Shown here: positions 1 through 11,929 of the stretch, piece by piece
Layout: each line of letters opens with the position of its first letter
How positions within the stretch are numbered: position 1 is the first letter of the stretch
NCBI GenBank assembly: GCA_000934665.2
Contig: KZ538022.1
Span: 62,001 to 126,000, forward strand
DNA from: Catajapyx aquilonaris
Taxonomy: Eukaryota
Direction of reading: 5' to 3'
Length of the DNA stretch: 64,000 nucleotides
Position numbers and translations under genes: made by a program
The notes under the pieces: model-generated
Seen by the model: the letters and a program-made list of their open reading frames with translations, nothing else
The model's database searches: none
What the model was told of the DNA's origin: nothing

Positions 1-2348
1 GTTGGAAGAGGCTTTACTTTTTAATCATTTGCGCACGCTTCATTTAGTGCATAATTAACCGACAATTAATTTGACTGCTCCCAAAAACGTGTGACAAGCG
101 ACTAATTGCAGCTGAACGCACTTGAGAGATTTAATAGCGTGTGGCGTAATCGGACAGCCATAAGTGACTCCACCTTTTTGTGTGTATCACTTATTCAAAT
201 TTTTTGGAGAGAGAAAAAAATACACTTGAACCCTGAGGGGGCGTCTGGAGAGGGCAGGTAATTAATTTCCACCAGCTAATTATATTTTTAACGGCCGCTT
301 TTCATTTGAACTCTGGCTAATTCGGGGGATCGTTCAGGTGCAGCTTATTCATCTGATCAAATGTGCTTAGTAGGCCAATGAGCGGTTGCCCACATTCACT
401 GGTTTATATAGGGAGTGCAGGGTGGGTGGGAGGTTCAAATTATGTTGGGTGGGTATGGCAAGAAAATGGGTGCTAAGCAGACTGGTCCAGTTACTTCCTA
501 TAATAACACGGACGGCTACCCATTTCGGGTTCAGTCATCAACAAGCCTTACATCAAGTACAGGGTGAATCGTCGAATTTGTCGAGACCTATGCAGGAAGT
601 AGCCAGGACAAGTTTTTATATCATTGCTTTTGTAAGTAACAATAAGTGCAAGTCTTGTGCAGTGTTTGTTACTTGAAGTTTGCAACAACTCAAATTAAAT
701 TTTAATTGAGAAATGAAAATTTCAATCAAAATCATAATACCATACAAATTGCAAATCAAATAAAAAATTAAAATTAAGAAATTCTGTAATTAATATTAAT
801 CCGAATGAAATGAACTTAAATGGGCAATTAAATTAACAATTGCATCAAAATTAATCAATCTAAAATTAATGAAATCCGATTATATTCCCAATTAACAATT
901 AAATAATTCATAATTAAGATGCAATTATTAAGAAAATGAAAAATTGAAAAATTAAATAACAAATAAACAATTTAAATACAACTTAATGACAATATCATTG
1001 CTTTTGACTTCTATTTTAAAACGGTAGTCTATATTTTAAATTTTTGTAATACTGTATTTTTTCATTACTCAATTTCAATATAATATTTGATAATATACGA
1101 GTAGCATTTAAAACTAGCAGCTTTGAGACAAAATAAGGGTAACTGAATCGAAAAATGACACTAGAGCACATTTTTCCTGCGAAAACAAGTCGGATGGCCT
1201 TGAACCTGTGCGATCTCATCCTGCAAATTGCGCAACCCACGCAGCTCTTTTGCAACACAGTTTGCCTCCATGTCGGGCGCCAACTTCTCATTGTTTAAGT
1301 ACGGCTCACCCTGTTGATCCCCGCACACATATTTGATCACGATCTTTGCATACATCGCCGGAAGCCCAGCTCGGATCGTGCCCAATAAGACTTGGTCCGA
1401 GTCAAAGCCTAATCAGAGGGTTTTCTCCCATGGAGTGTGATGATGGCCTGCTTGTTGTTCCCCCTGCGATCAGGGGGACAGATAAAACGAAAAACAATGG
1501 CTTGTCCAGGGGAAAGGTGGCGTGTTTCACACTTAATCACCGCGTTTTAAAATACTATAGGCGGAGTTTATATTTGGCGCATGTTTTTTTTTCTTATGCG
1601 AACGAAAAAAATTGGTATTTTTACAAGCCTTTGATGTCGTGCCACCAGCTGACTTTTTGAGATACATTCCCTCCCCTATGCAAAAATTGGCAAAATACGC
1701 GCATGCGTATCTTTGAAATTTATTATGCCGGACGGATGTTTCGGACTTCAAAGAGAGTAAAAAGCCGGCCGGCGGATGAAAAGTGCCAAACAGTTTGTAT
1801 GGACTTGTTTTTCACTTCCGACCTGGATGTCACTATTATTTACTATATCATATTTTTCATATCATGTCCGTCAGTGCACAGTACTTGAAACCAATGCGCG
1901 TATCAAGCGGTCAATTTTTTTTTCTCTCTCTCTCTCTCTCTCTCTCCACCGCTGTGTTTGTAAAGCTTTCGGACCACTAAGGCCATTTCCACCACCGCTG
2001 CTCTGATGATAACCGGTCTGCAGAGACCTCTGTCACAATTTTTCAACGGACGTGCAATTACGCGAAAGGGGACCCCCGAATATATGGGGCATAATTGCTA
2101 CATTACAGACCTTGAAAAGGCATAAATTCTAAGCCCACGCGTAACAAGGCGCGAAATTTGCCGGCCCGGAAGCAACAATTTTTTCCACACAAAAAAGTGC
2201 GACTAGTCTGAAATTATGTGACGAATAAGTGGTGTGATTAACGCAACAAATTAGCCAATCCGGTCCATTACCCAATCCGGGCTGGAGGCCAAAAACAGCT
2301 AACTAGAAAGTCAAAACACTTCTTGATCCGGGATCATGTGTTACATAC

Positions 2349-2531
2349 CTGAGCGTTCCTCCGTTTATATCCGGATGGCGATGCCCTCTCAGAAACTGGC
2401 AGAGGTCACCAGTGTCCAAATATTCGGAGATGACCGCAGGCGGGTCCTCTCGTGTGCAGGCTGCCAACAGGCGCGCCAAATGAGGGTCTCTCAGTGCGCT
2501 CATACACCGGGCTTCGGTCAAAAAGGCTTGC
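2349..2531 (-). CDS. Ddr: DDR exon, kinase alphaC to hinge
   Basis: Acceptor tttttatag|G, donor AG|gtatgt, 183 nt. Encodes QAFLTEARCMSALRDPHLARLLAACTREDPPAVISEYLDTGDLCQFLRGHRHPDINGGTL, with the EY..GDL.QFL motif. Confidence 0.93.
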
Positions 2532-2652
2532 CTATAAAAATCAATGCCCAGCATATGTGAGCTAAATTCTCAAAAAAAAAAACACACACACACACACTCG
2601 GCCTCAATATGTGCCAAAAAAAAACTGCATACAATGAAGCTTCAGCACTCAC

Positions 2653-2762
2653 TTTGTGGCTTCGCTGATTCCTCTCCACAAAGTCTTGACAATCACGAGC
2701 TTCTTGCCAAAAGATGGCACGCCTCCATACTCGGCCATGCCCTCAGCCTCGCAGAGTTGGAC
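2653..2762 (-). CDS. Ddr: DDR exon, kinase beta2-beta3 including the catalytic Lys (correct frame absent from the ORF track)
   Basis: Acceptor gtcattag|GTC, donor AA|gtgagt, 110 nt. Encodes VQLCEAEGMAEYGGVPSFGKKLVIVKTLWRGISEAT(K). Confidence 0.92.
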
Positions 2763-3556
2763 CTAATGACACAAAAGGCGACAATGATTTGAACATTTCA
2801 TTACTAACCAAGAGTAAACCCCTTTCCCAAACCATGGACGTAGTATCAAATCTCGCTCATAGATGGCGCATCATCTTTCTCTGTCCACACTACTGATGAC
2901 TCATCGAGGACAAACAGAGGCACAGACCCGAGCCAGATCATTGATAAATTGATAATTATTTTCATAAAATACCGTGCACGTAGCTCGTTCGCAAAACTGG
3001 ATTCCCCTTTTTTTCCTCCTAATTTGCAGAAACTGAAACGAGAGAGGTGCTCGTCTAATTAGATAATTAGTTCGCGTCAAAAATGGCCGACTCTCCGAAA
3101 TAAGTGGGTTGCGATGCTGCCTCTATATAACCAGGGAAAGGTCGATTTTCTATCCAATGATGCCCTGCAGACCAATTAGAGCATGTAATGGCAGCACAAT
3201 GGCACAATAGCCAATTATTTTGGAAGGTTCCGTAAAGGGAGTTCCCCCCCCCCCTCCCCTCCTCTCTCTAAGTCTGTCCTATTGGACCGCTTTTCCAGAC
3301 TCCGACCTGGCCAAATAGTTCAGTGTACGTCACCGCAAATACCTTGATTTTAATCACTTATCTTTCCACGGGTTAGCCTAAGGGGGGAAGGAGGAACAAT
3401 CCTCAGCATTTTGGGAGGGAGGGTGTTTCCCCAAAAGTTGTTTGGGCGACTAAAAAGGGCCCACTCATGCGGTACCCTCTCTATTGCAAACATTCTCAGT
3501 GCCACGCATTGCATACTACGCATTCCGGGTCTAATCGATATTAACCCCCTCCCTTC

Positions 3557-3573
3557 NNNNNNNNNNNNNNNNN
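3557..3573. other. Assembly gap (17 N)
   Basis: Run of n characters. Single n also occur near 26356 and 39293, both close to homopolymer runs. Confidence 0.99.
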
Positions 3574-3993
3574 TGTTCCGGAGCACAACCACAAAGAGGA
3601 AAGGTTGCATTACGGCGCAGGTCGCTCCGGGCACGGTCAACAGCCCAAGTTATGTGCTCCAGCAGCTTATCCAGGGCCCACAAAAAAAATTTCCTACAAT
3701 TTTCCAAATTTAACCGTAATTTTCCTAATTATATTCATAATTCTTCAATTTGATTTCAAATTTTGAGCAATTTTTCAATGAACTGCAAATTTTCAATCTA
3801 TCAAATTATTGCATTTTCCCAATTTATTGTTAATTTATCAATTAATTGCATTTTCTCAATTAACTGTAATCTATCAATTTAGTTTCGATTTTCATTTGTA
3901 ATGCCATACTGTAAAGAGATATTTGAACTATTTCTTGTGCACGTTGTGCCTAGTGTGTACGCGCGAATTCCCACATGTAAGTTCAGTACCAAT

Positions 3994-4099
3994 GAGTAAG
4001 GTAGCAGACCTGAAGCTCAAATTAGCTTCTAAGAGAGGTCGCCACGGGGATGGCCTTGTCTTGGAGGCTAATTTGATCTTCAGGTCTGCTACCTTGCTC
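3994..4099. repeat. Long imperfect inverted repeat (hairpin)
   Basis: gagtaaggtagcagacctgaagctcaaattagcttctaaga ... tcttggaggctaatttgatcttcaggtctgctaccttgctc. Arms are about 41 bp with 4 differences. Confidence 0.9.
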
Positions 4100-4131
4100 G
4101 TGATGATGTTCCGAAGGATGTGCAAACTTAC

Positions 4132-4296
4132 CAGGCCAACAGGTCCTTCGCCCAGCTTCTCCACCAGGCGGAGTCTGTGTCTTGGAAACTCGGCCAATGG
4201 CGGAGATCCTCCAGAGGCCGCCACCAGCGCACCTTCCGGAATCCGGTAGGACGTAAACTGCCCCGGAGTCAGATGCTGCTCAGTCCTGCCAGGAGC
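4132..4296 (-). CDS. Ddr: DDR exon, start of the kinase domain including the G-loop
   Basis: Acceptor ctcggccag|GCT, donor CTG|gtaagt, 165 nt. Encodes APGRTEQHLTPGQFTSYRIPEGALVAASGGSPPLAEFPRHRLRLVEKLGEGPVGL. EFPRxxL...EKLGEG is the DDR kinase start. Confidence 0.92.
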
Positions 4297-7200
4297 CTGG
4301 CCGAGAGGGAGAAAAACCAACAATATTATGAGCAAAATGTGGGAAAAAAGAGCAAATGGTTGTTCATAATCCCCACCCCTCGTCTATGCCATTTGCAACC
4401 CTCATTTACAGCACATTTCACCCCGACCGGCCACACAATTCCCTTGGAAAAGAGATGAGGGGGCAGGGCAAGGGGAGGGGGAAACAACTTCCAAACATCA
4501 AGGCTGCAAACCCATTATTTTTGGACGTCAGTGGTGGGCAACCCTCATTCATCGTGGTGACAAGGCAGCCATCCATTCCAAACTTGACGTATGGGGAGGC
4601 CTTAGCGTTGAAAGGCTATTGGACTAAGGCGACGGATCGTACTGCCAACCCCCTTAAGTTCTAACTCTTGTTCATAAAGTAACTGCTACGAAGAAGGGAG
4701 GGGGACGAAGACGTTCTTTTTTCTTCTTGCTTTCTCCCCCAGATACGCTTTCTGAGATACAACTGCTCAGAGGTTTGACTGCAAAAATGAGAGGAAAAAC
4801 TAGGCTGACCTAAAGTCTAAATTAACCACCATAGTGCATTGTTGGCAGCAGTGGAATTTCATGTCACCAGCTAACTATTGTTGCCAAAATCCATTGTGGA
4901 AAAAGGGTCCAACTTTTTTTCCTCGGATGACCAACCTCTATGAGGCTGGGGCGTAGCCAGGGGATGACAGGCATAATAAATTCGGCTGGTTTTTGGGTAG
5001 GGGGTGGGAATGTGTCCAATAGTAACGATAGTAAAAGGTGCATCGCAGCGTAACAATGTTTCTTTTGGCCTCCTGCTTTGGAAATATCCAGCTATCTGGC
5101 GTTCCTTCGCCTATTTTTTGGGCAGGGTGAGGTGGGAGGTGGGGAAAAGGCAGCTGAGGGAGGGGGTGGATATTGGTGCTTCCCAGCCGGAGCAGCCTGA
5201 GTCCTAACAATGGGCTTCCCCCATAAAACGCTTCAACGCCAGGCATTATCATCACAAAGCCAGGCCTCCTCGGAATACAGAGGCAGCCCGCCACACGTCC
5301 CCTGGCTTATGAAAACTTTGGCCCAAAAGCTCCTTTCCGCCATTCCTGCCCATCGCCTTGCATGTGTGCCCTGAATGGAGACGGTAAAAAAAAAGTGCCC
5401 AACCTTCTCGCTTCAACTCCACAAGAAAAATGCTGCTGGCCAATAGACGCCTCATCCTTAATGTTTATTCCGAGACTAGAATATTCCGGGACTCTCTTGT
5501 TCTGCTTGTCCGATGGCTGTAGGATTTGCCGGAATCCGGACGCGTGGGAAGACGGGGGACTTGTGTGGGAGTCACCCGTCTGCCACCATTTCCCCCCCCC
5601 CGCTCGATGCAGTGTCTCCGTGGCGGAATTAAATAAAATGTAGAATTTACACAATAGCAATCGTTGCTGAGATAAACAATCGTCTTAACATCCCCTGCTT
5701 GAACTGACTCAATGTGAACGACGTAATTGCAGGTTCGTCGATCTGGATGCAAATTTTCGCAGGTGTTTTCAGAGCTCGACAGCTAATCCGGGAGGCCAAG
5801 CAACCCGTGGAAAATAAATAGGGTTCCTGCCAGATCAGGATTTTGGTGTGGCGGGGGTTTAGAATTATTGGTCTGGCGCATTGATTATCATTCCGTTGCA
5901 AAGTGCTGTAAGACGTATCGGGAAGAGTTTGGTGTGTACAGCTATAGGCTCTGTAGGCATTAAGGCTACAGGCGGAAGGGCCAATATGGGAGGGCTGGGA
6001 CGACGGTTGGGGATTTCCGAGGGATTACGCAGGGGCTTGCCGGCTCAGATCTCTCTTCCTGGACCAACAGTTTTTTTTTTTCCTTTCCCCTCAAACCCGC
6101 CCTGCCATCGCAATGGAGGCGGAAAAAAATTTGCAATTCTAAATTTGCAGCTGGAGAGTCCGGCCACGACTGAAAAACCAATGCCCTTTCGAATTATACA
6201 CGATGTAGGAACTATATGCACAGTCTGGAAACTAATGGCTCGCTAAAGACGAATTATATGTTCCGAGATAATTCACGCGAACACGAAGAGAACCGATTGA
6301 ACAAAATTCGGATTAAATTCGTGAAATCGTTCATAAAATATTATTGCCCTTTAAATGAAGCGCAGCATTATGACGCACGGATGAACCAGTATCTTCCGAA
6401 ACTTGTGAGCGTCAGTTGAGAGGAAATGGCGCCTGCAGATCTGTTGCGAAGCGTTAATGGCCCTCAGACAAGAGCGCAGAACGTGCAACCGGCTCTTCAT
6501 ACACCGGTGCATTCATTGCAACCGCAGCTCGATTCGATCAGACCTACAGTGAGGACTTACAGTACAGACAAAAAGCTAGCTCCAGGCTCCAGGGAGAGAT
6601 AAATCCCGTGGACTGTATAAGAGTCGTTATCTCCAGTGCGGATAGAAAAACACCCAGTGAATGACGATGTATTTTGAAAAGTGTGGTCAACAAACTAAGC
6701 CGTCCTCCTTGACTCGGGTCTCCACGGCGCATTACTCTTGTCCAAACGAGACCACATTCGCAGCTGGAGCTTACAAAAAAAAGTCCCCATTCGTCCCCTT
6801 GTCACCCAGACAACACTTGTGAAGAAATCACACTCTCGCAATTATATCCCGGATATAAGAATTTGCTCCTCTCTCTCCCGGATTAATGAGCCAGTACAGT
6901 GTCGCATACAAATTACACACGCACGCATAAATACTACACCCCGCTGTAAAAACATGTGACAAATGAGGGTTCCCCTTTCCCTGCTGGCAATTTCCAAGTC
7001 CTGTCAAGCCGAGGTGGAATTAATGCTCACTTGGCAACACAGCTCTCTCTCTCACACACACCGCAATTTTCCAAACTCTGCCGGCAGAGGCGCCAATAAT
7101 TGATGAGGCCATCTGGAGAGGATTCCGTAAATCAACGGGGCACCCCCTCCCCCGGTCACCCCCTCCCCGATTCCGGGGGAGTCCGGAGAGCCAGGGGCCC

Positions 7201-10200
7201 TGCTGCAGAATAGACAAATTGCATGCCAGTCCCGACTCAGGACGCCCGCCGCCTCTCCGACACGTTTATCCGGGACAGGTGGATACATTTCTTTTTTCGG
7301 GCCCCGAGTTAGAAAAATTGGGACGATAGAAAAAAAATTACACGAGTTGAACTCAAATCGAGAAATTTCATTTAGGCCAGTTTTCTGCCTCTTTTTCAGC
7401 CCGAATTTTTTCCCCCTTGAAAACGGTGCAGTAGTCTGAATATTTTGGATGAAACAATGACTTTTCCCCATACACAACAAGAGTGTACTTTTATTGCTAT
7501 TGTCAGTACATGCGTGCCAGGCGAATATAATAAATCTGGGGTCGGAAGAATCCCTTGTTAGTTGCTTGCAGGGGCTAATTGGCTGGCACCTTTTGACACC
7601 CCAAAGGTAGTGTTTGTGTCGGGCCACATTCCAAACGGAAGTTTTTGCAAAGTTACAAAATAAATAGCCGGGCCTTGCATTTCTCACACACGAGCCGCCT
7701 CTCTGGGAAATACCGGCCTCATTTTTCGGCTCTCGGCCCCTTTGAGATTTCTATTATCAAGTCCAATAAGGGGCTGATTTATGTTCTGCTTTTTTTTCCA
7801 AACCAGCGACTATTTTTCAATAGACAAACCTCCAAGCGTTTGCATACCTCTGGGACGCTTTTCATCGCAGTCTGAACCTTCTCCAAAGTATATACACTGG
7901 CGTTGTTTATGCCAGTTTGTTTGGCTCCTCTTAAACACACAAGTTTGCCTTTTTGTTAACTGCCAAACCTTCCTTGCATTATTACATTCATGCGTCCCTG
8001 GCTGATTGTGCCTGTATGTATTAATAAGCCAGGTTTTCTTATTTGCTTTGTTGGCCAAGTCCACATTCCCGGTGCTGCATTATTTAATTTTGCCCTGCAC
8101 GACAGTTCATATCGCCTTGAGCATTGCAGCATTGCGTTATGTACAGGGCATACATATTTTAGCCATTAAAAGTTTAAACTGATTGGTCTTCAGATTATTA
8201 AATTACTAGTGTAAGGCTAAGTACTGTACACCGGCATTTTCGCAAGGACAGTTGTATACCGGTCAATATGATTTCATCAGACAGGTCGCGTAATTAAAAT
8301 CCAGGAGCTTCCGGGTTTTCCTGGAGGAAACGATGAAATTTTGGTGGGGGTAAAAACGACTGGCGAAGAGCTCGGGGCCCAGGCCCCGAACGAGCTATTT
8401 TCAAAATTTGAGGGGGAATTAGGGCTCCCATTTTGGAGCCATGAAAGCGCCAGCTAACGTGTCGGCCGCCACTTGGGTTAAAAGCCCAGGGATTTGCCGG
8501 CCAGTCGGGGACATGCTTAAAACACACGGGAAATCGCCGATGCTACACACGTTATGAGACAGGGTGACATCATACGATTCGCCATCTATGCGAGAAATAT
8601 GGTACTGCTTGCCTTGGCTTGTTATTTCGAATGTTTCCAAGCAAGGTAAAAGATTGAAAATTGCAGCTTCCCAATCCCTTCCCCAGTGGATATTACTTAT
8701 AGAAGTCCCCAGCTATATAATAAAGTCCAAAAGGAATGATAGGAGAATGTTTCAATAAGTTGGGACAGTCGGCCCCCTCTTTTGGGAGATCTTCGAAGGG
8801 AAGTGATTTTCTCCAACGATCTCTAGAGGGAAAGGAAAGGAGACAATTTTTTTTGTCTCTCCAGCCAGTGCGGTCCAATTCCATGAGCCAGATTCATGCT
8901 TGACTTCGCCTAGAAACTTCAAACCTATTTCCAGCCCGGATCTACGGAGAGGACCAAAAAAAAGTCCAAAAATTTCCTAACAGTTTGGTCCTTACGGATA
9001 AACGAATCGTGTAAGTGTGGGCTTCTTAAAGCCCAAGTTCAAGGTCATTTGGGTTCCAAAAACAAGCTAGTTTGTACCCATTTTGATGCCCATTCAAATT
9101 CAAGGGCGGGTGTTCCGGGTTCAAGACCTTCCGTACATGGTCAGGTGTCACCAGAATCATACCCATTCGTACCCACACCTGTCCGCTCACTTTGATGTGC
9201 TGCGAGGGTGTGGATATCAGACACCTGTAGCCTTTCTAAGGCGTCCAAGCGGGGCAATTCGAACCTCCGACCACGTACGGGCATTAGACTTCATTAGACG
9301 TATCCCCTCCGCCCATCGCCTTAATAGGTTTCGATCCCACAGCTCGCATCCATCACCTCCTAAAACCCAACCATATTAACACCATTTTTGCACTGCAAAA
9401 AGACCAGAAAGTCCAAAAATGGCCGAGCACAGTCCCGAGCGAGGCTAATGATTTCCTGGCGATAATGCGCTATTAGTCGGGACAATAAACGTGCGTTGGT
9501 GCACACATAGTCCTGTAATTGGAATGATAGGAGAGATGCTCCCTCGGGGGGACAAGATGCACAGGTCGTCCATTTTGTGTACAGGGGAGTAGAAAAAAAT
9601 AGAAGCGTTGGCGCTATCCAATCCGCGTCCATATAATTACAAGCCCGCGGGACGGCTCTAATTGTGTTGTTTTGATACTTGCTGGCATTGATTGGGCCTG
9701 ATTTAATAATGTCTATTGAATTAGGGAGGAGCCGCCACGGATGCCAAACGGGAGCCCGAAGTTACCAAATTGCGTGTGATTCTTGGGTAATCCGGACGTT
9801 GGCCATCAATAGTGAATCGAGCTGTCAATTTTTTTTGATCGTTATTTTTTAAAATTGACCCCCGGTCTCTGGCCTTTTCTCGTCAAATGTTAAATCCACA
9901 TCACGATGCGGAAACCCGACGTTTCACTTGGTTATTTAAGGCCGGTTGCGCCACAGTTGGTTAATTCTGCGTGATTCGAAACCCAGCTGAATGCTCCAGA
10001 GTAGAACAAGTACATGAAGATACACAGTATAGGCTACACTTTTTTCATTAGTATAGGAGGTCAAAATTTTACTACCTGTTGGAATGGCCCTTCCAGGCTT
10101 TTAGTTTTACTGGTGCACGGTAAATACGATGGCGCTACAAAATACGAAGTCCGGCCCTCGGAAGGGAAGGTCAGAAATGAATTGGTGCGCTCCCTGGGCG

Positions 10201-11199
10201 ACCCCGGGGCCGAGAGAAATGAAAAGAGAAGGAACCATTCGTAATTGGTGTCACCTGTATGTATTTGGGGTGACCGAACCAGTACTGTCCTTTGTTGTGG
10301 CCCTGCCAGGCACGGTACGTTGCATTTCGCGAGGATTTTAGTTCATAGCGAGAGCTCGGGCAAACAAATGGAAAGAAACAATTATTGTTATTGTTATTAT
10401 TATTATTTCCGAACTTTCCCCGCGAGGTGATTCCCATTGGACCCCGTCATGCCACGAGCTTCAGTTAGAGTCGGGTGTCAAATGGCGCACTTTGCGTTGC
10501 ATTGGGGGCGCGAAACGACTGTAGCGTCGCCGCATCAAACGACGTGCCCGACTCCGAGGCCTTTTCTTTCCATTTTGTCAGCAAGGGTTGGTTCCGACTG
10601 ACATAACCAAACAGCCAGGACGCAAGGCTCCCATCGGTTGAATGGGTCCCGCATGGCCTGGCGCAAAGAGGGTGCGTAATGCCAACGGTGGTGTCGTGCC
10701 CCATCTTTCGAATTAGTTGAAATTAGAGGGAGGGAGGGTTGGAAATGGGATGCCGGATGGCACGTGCTGGGATGGTTTTTTTGGACGGGGAGGGGTAAAG
10801 GGGGGTGGGGAGGAAAAAACCTGCGCGGATTGGATGTCGCTCCCAGAAGGACACTAATGGGCCCATACGTTGCGCTGGAAGCCGCTAAGCATGACGGATG
10901 ACGCGGATGCATAATCCGCCGCCACCAAACAACGCCTACTGGATTGATAAATGGCCGCCCGGCCCAGTGCAGACGAGCCCCGCCACGCCGCGGATGACAC
11001 TCTATACCCCCAGCCAACAGGTCTCTTCTCACCTATGGCCCCGCTCCTCACACTGCGCATGTGCCGATTGACCCAGCAGATCGCGATTGGCTGCTCACAC
11101 TGCGCATGCGCGATGCGCCGATTGGCGTGGCCCGGCAATCAGCGTTTAGCTCGCGATTGGCTGCTTCGTACAAACGTAAGCCAATGGGAATGGACTGAC

Positions 11200-11510
11200 C
11201 TGGTTGACCTTGAGGATGTCAGTGGCCGCGTAGTAGTTCTCCTGCCTTCCGTCCGCGCCGCCTGGCGTTCCCTGTAGTTTGTTTAGAGTCCCGGAGGGTC
11301 CTTTGCCGAGGGTACCTGAAGGTCCCTTGCTGAGAGTACCGGAAGGTCCCTTGCTGAGGGTTCCAGCACCGGAAGAGCCCTTGGTCAGAGGAGTGAGGGA
11401 GTTGGGCTCGTAAGGAGGCGGGCGGGTGCTGGGAGGCGGAGGCGGCGGGAAGGCGAAGAAGGAAGGCGAGAACTTCACTTCGTCCTGGAAACTGTTGATG
11501 CTGGTGAAAT
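11200..11510 (-). CDS. Ddr: DDR exon, Pro-rich juxtamembrane region with octapeptide repeat
   Basis: Acceptor tttgttccag|AT, donor CAG|gtcagt, 311 nt. Encodes DFTSINSFQDEVKFSPSFFAFPPPPPPSTRPPPYEPNS...GTLSKGPS repeats...ENYYAATDILKVNQ. An alternative in-frame donor exists at 11209. Confidence 0.88.
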
Positions 11511-11579
11511 CTGGAACAAAGGCGACAGAGAGGGATCAAACGGAGTCATTATCTCGTTGACACAACATTGAAGCAGTAC

Positions 11580-11781
11580 CTGTGTACTCCCCACTCTTGC
11601 TGGATGACAGCGTGTCCTTTTTGAGCAGACATCCGTATTCTTGTTTGCCGTTAGGAAGGAGCTTGTAAGGCTCGTGGTAAACCGACGATGTCTCGCTGTC
11701 CGACTCTTCTCCGGCAACCGTCCCGTACAGGTTGCATCTCGGGTGCACCACCCCATTGCTACCTCGTCCCATTCGAAGCTC
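11580..11781 (-). CDS. Ddr: DDR exon, cytoplasmic juxtamembrane
   Basis: Acceptor ttgttgcag|GAG, donor ACAG|gtactg, 202 nt. Encodes ELRMGRGSNGVVHPRCNLYGTVAGEESDSETSSVYHEPYKLLPNGKQEYGCLLKKDTLSSSKSGEYT, with a YxEP motif. Confidence 0.88.
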
Positions 11782-11929
11782 CTGCAACAAACAGCCCCGA
11801 CTGTTGTACTACCGGATAGGTCATTAACACGCCCAGTTAATTAGTCTCTAAAAGAGGGAACATGCACTGCAGAGACGCCCCTTCTGAACGGATCAGGCTG
11901 AACTTTCTCCCCCACAAATAGTGACAAAC

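Noticed and set aside
700..1130. AT-rich AATT-dense tract (similar ones at about 3720-3900, 33580-33960 and 49930-50270) as organellar insertions
   Set aside because: No tRNA, rRNA or mitochondrial protein similarity is visible. It looks like simple low-complexity sequence.
1161..1385. Minus-strand 74 aa ORF as the next kinase exon
   Set aside because: I found no QIASGMxYL or HRDLA-like motif in this region and no suitable phase-2 acceptor.
4871..5294. Minus-strand ORFs (SRIYYAC..., Pro-rich) as extra juxtamembrane exons
   Set aside because: No convincing splice sites or DDR similarity, and 11200 joins 4296 in frame without them. A cassette exon cannot be fully excluded without RNA data.
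7052..7687. 211 aa ORF, the longest not overlapping a DDR exon
   Set aside because: No recognisable domain, and it crosses homopolymer and dinucleotide tracts. Likely chance.
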